64,000 nt of DNA. Origin: a virus. This document shows, piece by piece, positions 35,658-43,871 of this stretch (the first letter of the stretch is position 1; each line of letters opens with the position of its first letter). The stretch covers positions 32,001 through 96,000 of the IMG/VR virus record IMGVR_UViG_3300037483_000793, one strand, 5' to 3'. The position numbers and the translations under genes are program-made. The notes beneath the pieces are model-generated. The model was not told the origin of the DNA. It made no database searches and saw only the letters and a program-made list of their open reading frames with translations.

Positions 35658-36098
35658 ATGGCGCGGTTTCGAGGCACAAAAATCACCGGCAACTGGTGGG
35701 ACAAGCACAAGGATCGCGGCGACGGCAAACGTTGCGAGATCACAGGCGGCGGCGGTGAGCACGGGACGCCCGGCGCGAAGATCGGTATCCACGACGTGAA
35801 GCAGTGTGCGGATACCTGCAAGAGCCACTTCTTCGAGCCCGCCACGATGCGGTTCTTCAGTTCGCGTGTCGCCGATACGGCGTACCAGGATGGCCGTGGC
35901 GGTGCGTTCTTCACGACCAGTGAAAAGGGCCCCAACGGTGTCCGTGCCTACTCGGTGCGGCACTACGACCCCGAGCGCTGCGGCGTCGACACCGTCGGCA
36001 AGTTCCAGAGCTACCACTCGATGGCGGCTGCACAGACGGCCGCGAAACGCGCCGCGAGCAAGGGCGCGCTTGGTCGTCGTCGTCGCAAGCGTCGCTAG
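35658..36098 (+). CDS. phage protein with basic C-terminal tail
   Basis: HFFEPATMRFFSSRV...FFTTSEK...YSVR; ends ALGRRRRKRR. Confidence 0.8.
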   Translation: MARFRGTKITGNWWDKHKDRGDGKRCEITGGGGEHGTPGAKIGIHDVKQCADTCKSHFFEPATMRFFSSRVADTAYQDGRGGAFFTTSEKGPNGVRAYSVRHYDPERCGVDTVGKFQSYHSMAAAQTAAKRAASKGALGRRRRKRR

Positions 36099-36365
36099 CT
36101 AGGCGCTCTCGGCGTTCTGCGCGCGCTGGATCTCGTCGAGCTTACGCATGATGATCTCGGCGAGCGGCTTGAGCATCTCGAAGAGGTCCGGGCCCGCGCT
36201 TTCGACCTTGCTCGACGACGGCGGTACGTGACTGGAGTCGTACTTGGTCGTGATCGTGATCTTGAGCGGGCCGTGGATCTCGAACGTCCGGGTCTCGGTC
36301 GATGTGTACGGACCGGGCTCGGGGGGCGTTTCGGCGGCAGCCGCGCCGGGCAGGAGATCGGGCAT
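36099..36365 (-). CDS. hypothetical protein
   Basis: Fills gap; start uncertain (GTG 36389 or ATG 36365). Confidence 0.5.
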   Translation of the reverse strand: MPDLLPGAAAAETPPEPGPYTSTETRTFEIHGPLKITITTKYDSSHVPPSSSKVESAGPDLFEMLKPLAEIIMRKLDEIQRAQNAESA

Positions 36366-36431
36366 GCGTGCCAGGTAAGGCTGAGGCACGTACTGTCAAG
36401 GCCAGAACGTGCGCCGCCGCAGGCGGCCCGG

Positions 36432-36743
36432 TTACTTGTCGTACGCCGAACGGCGCATGCACGGACCCGAACCGAAGCTCGTGACCGCGTCGTGGATCTT
36501 CTGCCCAACGTCGATCATCGACTTCGGGACGCCGTGCTCACCTTGGGATGTCGACACCACATGTTCGTAAGCACGCGCGTAGTTCTGACTCGCGCGATTG
36601 AGCCGACCGTACACAGCGAGACAACTTTCGGTGTCCTTCGCGCTTGCGAGATCGAGCTTGGCGCGGCGCAGATAGTCGCGTGCGAGCTGCTCGTGGGTGC
36701 GGTCCGTGGAGCCGAGGGCTTTGCGTTTACGCTTCCGTGCCAT
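36432..36743 (-). CDS. protein with basic N-terminal tail
   Basis: MARKRKRKALGS; motif B promoter upstream. Confidence 0.75.
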   Translation of the reverse strand: MARKRKRKALGSTDRTHEQLARDYLRRAKLDLASAKDTESCLAVYGRLNRASQNYARAYEHVVSTSQGEHGVPKSMIDVGQKIHDAVTSFGSGPCMRRSAYDK

Positions 36744-36748
36744 GCCCG

Positions 36749-36773
36749 ATGATAGCCGATCGCTCGCGCGATC
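36749..36773 (-). promoter_or_regulatory. motif B copy plus TATCAT -10
   Basis: GATCGCGCGAGCGATC-GGC-TATCAT-CGGGC-ATG on minus strand. Confidence 0.6.
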
Positions 36774-36775
36774 CG

Positions 36776-37045
36776 CTACCGCCGCGGTGGCGTGACGTAC
36801 CGAGCGCAGGTCTGGAAGTCCTCAACGAAGCCTTCGCTGCCACTGGCTTTGAGATCGGGGATGAGGGTTCCGCGAAGGAAACGTACGAACTTCGCGTCGG
36901 TCTTGCCCGCTGAAATCAGCCGCGCACACTTCTGGAGATCCTGTGCGGTATGTGTACGCCCCGACGCTTTGGTATCGGGGATGATCGTGTGCCGCAGATA
37001 GTTCAGATACGCGCGCCGTTGCTTCGATAGTTTGCGTCTGGGCAT
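36776..37045 (-). CDS. basic protein with internal duplication
   Basis: MPRRKLSK; YLRHTIIPDTKASG and FLRGTLIPDLKASG repeats. Confidence 0.75.
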   Translation of the reverse strand: MPRRKLSKQRRAYLNYLRHTIIPDTKASGRTHTAQDLQKCARLISAGKTDAKFVRFLRGTLIPDLKASGSEGFVEDFQTCARYVTPPRR

Positions 37046-37052
37046 GTCCATG

Positions 37053-37086
37053 ATGGTACCGGATCGCGGACACGATCTGGTAGGCT
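37053..37086. promoter_or_regulatory. bidirectional motif B promoter
   Basis: GATCGCGGACACGATC 37062-37077 with TACCAT (minus) and TAGGCT (plus) each 3 nt away, then ATGs. Confidence 0.65.
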
Positions 37087-37092
37087 CCCAGG

Positions 37093-37326
37093 ATGGCGAA
37101 GCGCAGACGCAAACGAGCACAGATGGCCGGTGACCGCCCACTTGTGGATGCGATTCGTGCCGGTTGTCGCGTGACGATCGTTGATCGATTCGGCAAGCAA
37201 CGCACTGGGCGCGCGGTCATGAAGGGCCCTGCAGGTTGGGTCTTGAACATGGGCGGTCGTTACGGCACGCCGGGCATCGCGAGCGATGACAACGTCACCA
37301 ACGTTCGCTGCACGAAGAGGAAATGA
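37093..37326 (+). CDS. protein with basic N-terminal tail
   Basis: MAKRRRKRAQMAG; VTIVDRFG...GRAVM..P.GWVLNMGGRYGTPG. Confidence 0.75.
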   Translation: MAKRRRKRAQMAGDRPLVDAIRAGCRVTIVDRFGKQRTGRAVMKGPAGWVLNMGGRYGTPGIASDDNVTNVRCTKRK

Positions 37327-37601
37327 CCGTGGCCATCAAGAAGATTCACGAGACGCCTGTCGGTGCGAAGTGCGCCGTGCGTATCTATCGCAACTACGAG
37401 TACGACGAGTACATCGTGAAGTCGGTCGTCAACGGAAAGGTTCAAGGCGGTAAGGACGGCGGCTACTTCACGTCTGACAAGGCCGACGCGCACGGCACGG
37501 CTGCCTTTGAAGTGAAGCGGTTGCAGGCACGTCCGGCTTGTCAGGTGTCGCTCGCAGCTCGTCCGCGTCGTCGCCGTAAGAAGCAGAAGCGTCGTGGGTG
37601 A
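37323..37601 (+). CDS. protein with basic C-terminal tail
   Basis: ATGA overlap; ends LAARPRRRRKKQKRRG. Confidence 0.75.
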   Translation: MTVAIKKIHETPVGAKCAVRIYRNYEYDEYIVKSVVNGKVQGGKDGGYFTSDKADAHGTAAFEVKRLQARPACQVSLAARPRRRRKKQKRRG

Positions 37602-37866
37602 CAGTGACATCGGCAACTGCTTTATCTGCGGCGAAAAGGCGCAGTACGCGCACTTCTACGACATCAGCGTCGGTCACTTCGTCAGTGGCGGCGAACCGCG
37701 GACGTGTGCGGCGTGCAGTGACAAACTGCACGAGATGACCGACGAACAACGCCGCAAGCTCTTCGAGATCTTCGAGACGCTGCCCGAAGCGCCAAACGAG
37801 AGCGGCGACCTCCTCGGTGACACGCTCGCGCGCAGCGAAGAATTCAAAAATCGCGGGCGCGCGTGA
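37594..37866 (+). CDS. zinc-finger hypothetical protein
   Basis: CFICG...TCAAC. Confidence 0.6.
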   Translation: MGDSDIGNCFICGEKAQYAHFYDISVGHFVSGGEPRTCAACSDKLHEMTDEQRRKLFEIFETLPEAPNESGDLLGDTLARSEEFKNRGRA

Positions 37867-38068
37867 AGCGGAAGCAGAGCACCTAACTCCACTTCCGCTT
37901 ACGACCTCCTTACGGGCATACAGCTCCTCACTTTCTGGTTCGTCGTCGAGAAAAAGGGTCCGTGGGCGGGATCGGCCCCCACGGTTGAACACACCACCGA
38001 TCTGGCGCCGCGAGCATCCCTGCAATGCTTCGCTCGCGGTCGACTTGCCTGCTTCTGCAGGAGGGCAA
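37866..38068 (-). ncRNA. candidate structured RNA / terminator region
   Basis: Four hairpins (37866-37900, 37960-37984, 38008-38039, 38045-38068), U-tract after one on the minus strand. Confidence 0.35.
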
Positions 38069-38485
38069 CTACTTCGACAGTGCGTGCACTGTCCAAAACG
38101 TCCGACTTGCGGACACGTCCTTGCAACCGGGATCATCCGGTTCCTGCGGCGCGAGTGGGCCGCCGTACATCGTAAAAACGATGCACGTATGCTCGTCGTG
38201 CGGTCCGGCGATCACTGTCACCGTACGCATCTGCTGCAGCGGCCGATCGACGAGGCGCGAGTTCCAGGCGCGCGTTCCGCGCTTGGCATACGTGACCTCG
38301 CTCTCCTCGACGGGCGCCCCACCGGTCAACGGGCCGTGTAGTCCACACGGGACAGTTCCCAGTGCTTCCGGCAGCTCGACCGTCTCGATGAAGAACGCGT
38401 CGCGATCTGCGAAGCGCTTCATCATGAAATCGATCTGCTCGGCCGACAGGCCGTGGTCGAAGTGACTTTCTTTGTGTTTCTTCAT
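38069..38485 (-). CDS. conserved phage hypothetical protein
   Basis: AAGGAGGT RBS; CGLHGP...TVIAGPH...GGPLAPQEP...FWTVHAL. Confidence 0.8.
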   Translation of the reverse strand: MKKHKESHFDHGLSAEQIDFMMKRFADRDAFFIETVELPEALGTVPCGLHGPLTGGAPVEESEVTYAKRGTRAWNSRLVDRPLQQMRTVTVIAGPHDEHTCIVFTMYGGPLAPQEPDDPGCKDVSASRTFWTVHALSK

Positions 38486-38510
38486 GTTTCACCTCCTTTC
38501 TATTTCGTAG

Positions 38511-38527
38511 ACGCCGCTCAGCGGCGT
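38511..38527. terminator. short GC hairpin between minus-strand genes
   Basis: ACGCCGC-TCA-GCGGCGT. Confidence 0.35.
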
Positions 38528-38536
38528 TTCTGACAG

Positions 38537-38875
38537 TCAAACGTTCTTCGTCGTCCGGATCTGAGAGCTGAGATCACGTCGCGCGGTTGCGAGCGCCTCA
38601 GTCCATGCCTTGCGGTTCTGCGCGTCACACGGGCCCACGAGTGCAAGTTCGGCCTTCGCGATGAACACTTCGATCGCGCGCTGCCGTGACGTGAAGTAGT
38701 AGCCGAGCGGGTGCGAACCCTGTGTGTCGAGTTCAGCGACGCGCAAGATCATCCCTGCAATGCCCTTGTAGATCACGATCTCCGTCGGGATTCGGTGCTC
38801 GACGGGATACGTCTGCAACCCCAACAGCGGCTGGTACGTAAACACGCGCTTGATCTTCTTGAACCGCATCTTCAT
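38537..38875 (-). CDS. hypothetical protein
   Basis: 112 aa ORF filling gap. Confidence 0.6.
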   Translation of the reverse strand: MKMRFKKIKRVFTYQPLLGLQTYPVEHRIPTEIVIYKGIAGMILRVAELDTQGSHPLGYYFTSRQRAIEVFIAKAELALVGPCDAQNRKAWTEALATARRDLSSQIRTTKNV

Positions 38876-39033
38876 GTCCTATGACGGTGACCGGGTGCTG
38901 CTTCTGACAGCGAAAACGCACGACCCGATCTTTTTCTGAGAGTTGCCGACCACAATTCATAGGACGCACCGAATGCCTCGAATCGGACAGCCGAACGTGA
39001 AAAACTTTTCGTGAGCGGGGATCGCTAGTTAAC

Positions 39034-39058
39034 AACTTACTCTTGCTTTGTAGAATAA
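39034..39058 (+). promoter_or_regulatory. motif A copy
   Basis: AACTTACTCTTGCTTTGTAGAATAA upstream of ATG 39087. Confidence 0.7.
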
Positions 39059-39086
39059 CCGCAGGCATCATGATGTCTACAAAGCC

Positions 39087-39911
39087 ATGAACGTCCTCGA
39101 ACGCATCAAGAAGTTGCTCCGGCTCGCGCAGAACGCGGGCAGCGAGCACGAGGCCGCGAACGCTGCGCGTCGTGCCGCACAGTTGATGGCGCTGCACCAG
39201 ATCCACGAGGCGTCGGTCAACCTCGACGGCCCCGACGAGGTCCGTGCCGTCGAAGAGATCGCGCAGTGCCACGAGGTCACGTACACCAAGAAGCGCGTCG
39301 CATGGCACATCCGGATCGCGTCGGCTGTCGCTGCGAGCTACGGCGCCGAGATGTACACGATGGGTGGTTACAGCGAGGAGCGCGAGAACGGAATTCGGTT
39401 CTTCGGGCGGCTCAGCGCGGTGCAGGCAGCGGCGTACACGACGCAGTACCTGATCCGCGAGGTCGAGACGATCACTGACAAGCAGGCACCCCAGAGTTTG
39501 TACGCGCGCCGCTACCGCAACGCGTTCCGGCTCGGGTGCGCGTCGCGCATCGGCGCGCGCATCAATGAAGAGACGCAGGCCGAGAAGCAGAAGCTCAGCA
39601 AGCGCCGCAAGCAGGCTGAACGGTTCGAGGACACGCACGATGTCTCGGATGAGAGCGGCGACGAGCGGCCCGATCTCGACAATGTCCCGACGCCTCCGGC
39701 GAGTGCGGGCGTGCTCGCGCGCGTCGAGAAGGACCGCGAGGAAGTCACGCAGGCCTACAAGAACTACTCCAAGAAGTGGGGTCGCTCGACCGGTGTCGGT
39801 ACCGTGTCGTCGGGCAGCGGTTACACGGCCGGGAAAGCGGCCGGTGATCGCGTGAAGCTCGGCAACCGTGCGCGTGGTGGGCTGCCCAAGGGTCAGGACG
39901 TGCTGCGGTGA
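39087..39911 (+). CDS. DUF2786-domain protein
   Basis: LERIKKLLRLA...EHEAANAARRAAQLMALHQI; RNAFRLG; SGYTAGKAAG. Confidence 0.85.
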   Translation: MNVLERIKKLLRLAQNAGSEHEAANAARRAAQLMALHQIHEASVNLDGPDEVRAVEEIAQCHEVTYTKKRVAWHIRIASAVAASYGAEMYTMGGYSEERENGIRFFGRLSAVQAAAYTTQYLIREVETITDKQAPQSLYARRYRNAFRLGCASRIGARINEETQAEKQKLSKRRKQAERFEDTHDVSDESGDERPDLDNVPTPPASAGVLARVEKDREEVTQAYKNYSKKWGRSTGVGTVSSGSGYTAGKAAGDRVKLGNRARGGLPKGQDVLR

Positions 39912-40201
39912 GCAAGCTGTTTCAGACCCGCTGCGCGTGCGGCCGTCGCTGGATCGACTGCAACGGACAACACACCGAGTGCAAGCAGCCGATGTTGTCG
40001 GCTACGGATCGCGCGACGGGTCGCACCTACTTCGACAGTCGTACGACGTCGTATGGGATGCTGGTCGGCTCGCTCGCGTGCGAACACTGCGACGGCGAGC
40101 GCCAGCGCCTCGTGCGCAATGATCACCTGCGCGGCTGGGTTTGCCCGCCGTGCGACAGCTCGCTCGACGAGATGCTCCAGGAAGGAGCGTGCGTGCCATG
40201 A
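39908..40201 (+). CDS. zinc-finger hypothetical protein
   Basis: CACG, CEHC, CPPC. Confidence 0.65.
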   Translation: MSKLFQTRCACGRRWIDCNGQHTECKQPMLSATDRATGRTYFDSRTTSYGMLVGSLACEHCDGERQRLVRNDHLRGWVCPPCDSSLDEMLQEGACVP

Positions 40202-40653
40202 ACCCGTACTACAACATCCGGCCGCGTTACACGCCGGGCTCGCCCGCGATGGTCTACGACAACCCGACAGCTTCGCGTGTCGCGAAGTCGGAGAAGGCGT
40301 TCTACGAGGATGCGCTCACCGGCATCCTGGGTGCCGCGCTGAAGGAGCGCGCCGAGCGCGAAGGGCTCAAGGGTATCGTCGAGCGCGTGCTGCGCGAGCG
40401 CCGCGAGAACCGTGTGAACGGCTTCGTCGTGTACGACCTGATCACGTGCGAGGAGTACTGGCGTCCGCAGCGGATGCGCGACGACAGCGACGCCGAGCCG
40501 GACTGCCTCTACGAAGAGGACCATCAGGTTGATCATATGACGCTGCACTTTCAGACGGGTGAGAACAACACGGTGTTGATCGGCGCGAAGTGCAAGCTCT
40601 GTGGTCGCGTCGGTCGCACGCAGCCGCTCGGCCTTACGTTCGGAGAATCGTGA
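40198..40653 (+). CDS. hypothetical protein
   Basis: ATGA overlap; CKLCG. Confidence 0.65.
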   Translation: MNPYYNIRPRYTPGSPAMVYDNPTASRVAKSEKAFYEDALTGILGAALKERAEREGLKGIVERVLRERRENRVNGFVVYDLITCEEYWRPQRMRDDSDAEPDCLYEEDHQVDHMTLHFQTGENNTVLIGAKCKLCGRVGRTQPLGLTFGES

Positions 40654-41072
40654 TGAAGCAGCAGGACGTCATCGAACACTGGGCCGAGCGTTGGCGTAGC
40701 TTGGCGGCGTGGCGTGCGGTGATCCCGATGCGGATCACATGCAAGACGCGCAAGACGAAACGGCGCGCAGGCACCGCATGGAGCCACGAGGGTCGCGCAG
40801 TCGTGTACATGACGAACGATCTCGCGTACGACCTCGCGACGGTACTGCACGAGCTGGCGCACCTCGCCGCACCCAACAGCGAACACCACGGCGAGCACTG
40901 GCGCAAGCTGTTTGTCGCCGCTGCAGTCGAGGCGCTCGGTGGCCCGGACGACTACGAGACCGACGACGTCAGCTACGGCGAGTTGGATGCGCAGGTCGAG
41001 GACGCGGTCCGTGCATGGCTCAAGCGCACCGGCCAAGAGGTTGTCCTGCGCGCAATCGGAGTCGCACCGTGA
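40653..41072 (+). CDS. SprT-like HExxH metallopeptidase
   Basis: VLHELAHL...HHGEHWRKLF. Confidence 0.8.
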   Translation: MKQQDVIEHWAERWRSLAAWRAVIPMRITCKTRKTKRRAGTAWSHEGRAVVYMTNDLAYDLATVLHELAHLAAPNSEHHGEHWRKLFVAAAVEALGGPDDYETDDVSYGELDAQVEDAVRAWLKRTGQEVVLRAIGVAP

Positions 41073-41215
41073 AGCGCCGAGGACGGCACACGCCGCAGCA
41101 CGAACAAGCCGTGCAGGAGCAAGCGCAGGCCGAGCGCATTGTCGCGACGCTCGATCGCGTCGAGCACTTCTTGATGCTCAAGAAGAAGTTCGGACCGCGG
41201 AAGGTGACGTCGTGA
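41069..41215 (+). CDS. small hypothetical protein
   Basis: GTGA overlaps. Confidence 0.45.
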   Translation: MKRRGRHTPQHEQAVQEQAQAERIVATLDRVEHFLMLKKKFGPRKVTS

Positions 41216-41919
41216 ACAAGATTTGGCGTTGTCCCAAGTGCGAGAGCGGCATCCGCGCGCCCGAGCGGTTGCGGCACATCGACGTGCGCCGCTACTGTTT
41301 CGAGTGCAGCACGAAGACCGGCCTGCTCGTCGAGCGCACGATCCCGAGCCGAGATGCCGAACGTGCACGCGCCAAACTCCTGCGCCGCGAGCACGAGGCC
41401 AAGGCGCGCGAGCGCGACGCAGCAAAGCGGACGGCGCACGTGCAGTCCGAGCGCGGGCAGCTCGAAGCGTTTGCGCGGGCCGCGCTCAAGCTCGACGCGT
41501 ACATCGGGCTCGGCTGGCAGATTCTCGACTTCAAGATCCGGCTCGCACGTACGACGCCGCTCAAGACCGAACCGCGCACGCGGATCATCGATGGGCAGGA
41601 AGTCCACGACACGATCACGTACGGCGGTTATCGACAGGAACAGTCGAGCGGTCACGCGTACGGTAACAACCGGTTCGTGATCACGGCGGGTTCGGATCCC
41701 GCAGACGCACGCGCAACGATCCTGCACGAGATCGCGCACTGCGCTGCGGGCTACAACGGCGGCGCCCACAACGACAAGTGGCGCTCGATCTTTACGAGCG
41801 CGACCGTCGAGCTGACTGGCGAGACGCCGCAAGCCACAGGCTCGTCGTATCACGATCTACACACTGCAATTGCTGGGTGCGTCCAGCGCTGGCTCGAACG
41901 AGGAGAAACGTTGCCATGA
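41212..41919 (+). CDS. zinc ribbon plus SprT-like HExxH metallopeptidase
   Basis: CPKC...CFEC; TILHEIAHC...HNDKWRSIF. Confidence 0.8.
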   Translation: MNKIWRCPKCESGIRAPERLRHIDVRRYCFECSTKTGLLVERTIPSRDAERARAKLLRREHEAKARERDAAKRTAHVQSERGQLEAFARAALKLDAYIGLGWQILDFKIRLARTTPLKTEPRTRIIDGQEVHDTITYGGYRQEQSSGHAYGNNRFVITAGSDPADARATILHEIAHCAAGYNGGAHNDKWRSIFTSATVELTGETPQATGSSYHDLHTAIAGCVQRWLERGETLP

Positions 41920-42386
41920 CCGAGATCGCCGACAATCAGAAGTACCGCGTGAACCTGATCTGCCAATGCCAAGACGATGCCGCGTTCGGATACGGCGCGA
42001 CACCGGACGTTGCACGACGGAACGCCGAAGGATTCTTCCGCGAGCATCACGGCGCGAAGGGTCAGTATCGGCAAATCGTTGTCGAGCACGCAGTCGCGCA
42101 CACGGACGGTTCGCACTACGAAGTGTTCGCTGCGGGTATGCGCTACGAGTTCACGCGCGGACTCGGTGCTGCGTTGTACCCGCTGGAACGCTTCGGCAAC
42201 GATCTCTTCAAGCGTGATCACGCGTCGCGCCCGTACGTCTTCGAAACGCACAGCTACCAGTGCGCGAAATCGTTGCGCGAAACGCTGCAGCACATTGCAG
42301 ACGACAAGCGCAAGAACCAGAAGATGCGCGACGCGGCAAAACGCGCACACGACGAGATCACGAAGATTTCGCGAGCTGTGTGGTGA
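41916..42386 (+). CDS. hypothetical protein
   Basis: AGGAG RBS, ATGA overlap. Confidence 0.7.
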   Translation: MTEIADNQKYRVNLICQCQDDAAFGYGATPDVARRNAEGFFREHHGAKGQYRQIVVEHAVAHTDGSHYEVFAAGMRYEFTRGLGAALYPLERFGNDLFKRDHASRPYVFETHSYQCAKSLRETLQHIADDKRKNQKMRDAAKRAHDEITKISRAVW

Positions 42387-42742
42387 GCACCGGCATGTGC
42401 CCTGCGCTGTTGCACGGCCTCGACTTCGACGGTCAGGCGTGTGACTTCTGCGCCGAGATGGTCAAGCAGGCAGGTCGACTGCAGTACCAGATGACGCAGT
42501 ACAAACCGTTCACCGAGCGGGCATACTGCGTCGCGTGCCCCGAGTGCAACGCACATCCACTGGAAGGTTGTTGTGCCTACGGTGGACGCTCGTGCAAGCT
42601 GCACAGCAAGCGTGAGGCGCGCGCGAACGGGCTCCGGGCGACCCCGCGGCGCGGTTTCTTTCAGCGACCGAAGACCCCGATCCAGTTCAACGAGGCCGAA
42701 CGTCAGGCCTTCCAGCTACTTGGCCTTCCGATCCCCAAATAG
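42383..42742 (+). CDS. Cys-rich hypothetical protein
   Basis: CDFC; VACPECNAHPLEGC...LHSKR. Confidence 0.65.
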   Translation: MSTGMCPALLHGLDFDGQACDFCAEMVKQAGRLQYQMTQYKPFTERAYCVACPECNAHPLEGCCAYGGRSCKLHSKREARANGLRATPRRGFFQRPKTPIQFNEAERQAFQLLGLPIPK

Positions 42743-42743
42743 C

Positions 42744-42781
42744 AACTCACTCTTGCTTTGTTTGAATAGGCTCGGTACAAC
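42744..42781 (+). promoter_or_regulatory. motif A copy (TTGCTT-17-TACAAC)
   Basis: AACTCACTCTTGCTTTGTTTGAATAG. Confidence 0.7.
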
Positions 42782-42796
42782 CGACGTCAGGTCACC

Positions 42797-43084
42797 ATGA
42801 TGAACAACGCGAACAAGCCCGCCACGCCTCAGATCGAAGCGCTGCCCGGCATGACGCCGCTGGGTTTCACGCCGCCGCGCAAGGATGCGCGCCCCGACGA
42901 CATCGCGCTCGATGCTTCGAAGGCCAGCGACCGTGGCGATCACCGCGACGCCGAGCGGCTGTATCTGCTCGCTGCGGCGCGCGCCTCGACCTACACGAAG
43001 GCACCGACGATGCGCAAGAACATGCAGCACTGGGACAAGTGTGCGTCGCGCGAGCGGCGCTTGGCCGAGCTGACCAAGAAGTAG
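42797..43084 (+). CDS. hypothetical protein
   Basis: First gene after promoter. Confidence 0.7.
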   Translation: MMNNANKPATPQIEALPGMTPLGFTPPRKDARPDDIALDASKASDRGDHRDAERLYLLAAARASTYTKAPTMRKNMQHWDKCASRERRLAELTKK

Positions 43085-43091
43085 GCGTGTC

Positions 43092-43286
43092 GTGGCAAAG
43101 AGACCCGCTACCCATCTCCGCATCACGACTTCGTGGGGCAACCACAAGCGAATCTCGCTCTGGTGCGCAGAACGCACTGCAGTAACTGCCTCACGCAACT
43201 TCGACACGACGGAAGATCCCACGAAGGTCAACTGCCGCAAGTGCATCAAGGCGGGCGGCCGCGGCCCAGGATGGAAGTCGTCGTGA
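43092..43286 (+). CDS. small Cys/His protein
   Basis: TH...WC...VNCRKC. Confidence 0.6.
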   Translation: MAKRPATHLRITTSWGNHKRISLWCAERTAVTASRNFDTTEDPTKVNCRKCIKAGGRGPGWKSS

Positions 43287-43741
43287 ACATCAACCGCCTA
43301 CGCCCGACGGGCGTTGAGGATCTCGCCCTCTGGCTGTCGGGTGTCGTCAACGACGCGATCCGCGACGTACGCGAGGCCGGGCTCGACGAAACGTCCATCT
43401 ATCTCCTGCTGAAGAAGTACGCCGAGACCAACCACCCGTACGGGTATCGCAACAAGGATTTTCCAGTGGCACATACACAGCCCGCAACGCTGTTCGAGAT
43501 CCGGGCGCTCGACAACAAGTCCAAGGGCACGCTCTTGATCGCCGACTTCAACGAGACGCGCGGCAAGCCTGCCGAGTACATGGCGACGCTTGCGACCCCG
43601 CCGCTCGTGGCGACGGGTTTCGCGCCCCCGAACGAGTACCGCACGCAGAGCGCAGCCGTCCGGGCGGTCGCTGATCAGGTCAAGAGCATTCTCGACCAGC
43701 TGGGCGAAATTGCCCGCACCCTCGAAGCGAACGGCAAGTAG
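43283..43741 (+). CDS. hypothetical protein
   Basis: GTGA overlap. Confidence 0.65.
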   Translation: MNINRLRPTGVEDLALWLSGVVNDAIRDVREAGLDETSIYLLLKKYAETNHPYGYRNKDFPVAHTQPATLFEIRALDNKSKGTLLIADFNETRGKPAEYMATLATPPLVATGFAPPNEYRTQSAAVRAVADQVKSILDQLGEIARTLEANGK

Positions 43742-43756
43742 ACGCTTTCCCGGCCC

Positions 43757-43806
43757 GATCGCTGCCGGGATCACTTTTTCCAACTTACTCTCGACTTGTT
43801 TGAATA
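43757..43806 (+). promoter_or_regulatory. motif B near-copy followed by motif A variant
   Basis: GATCGCTGCCGGGATC then AACTTACTCTCGACTTGTTTGAATAG, same order as at 1897-1942. Confidence 0.6.
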
Positions 43807-43871
43807 GCTCCGGGGCCCGCCCGTCTCACCTACGAACCCGAGACGCTAACCCCGACGAAAGGCCCGCGACC

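Noticed and set aside
38733-38960. 75-codon minus ORF MNCGRQLSEK...
   Set aside because: Largely overlaps the better-supported 38537-38875 gene in another frame.
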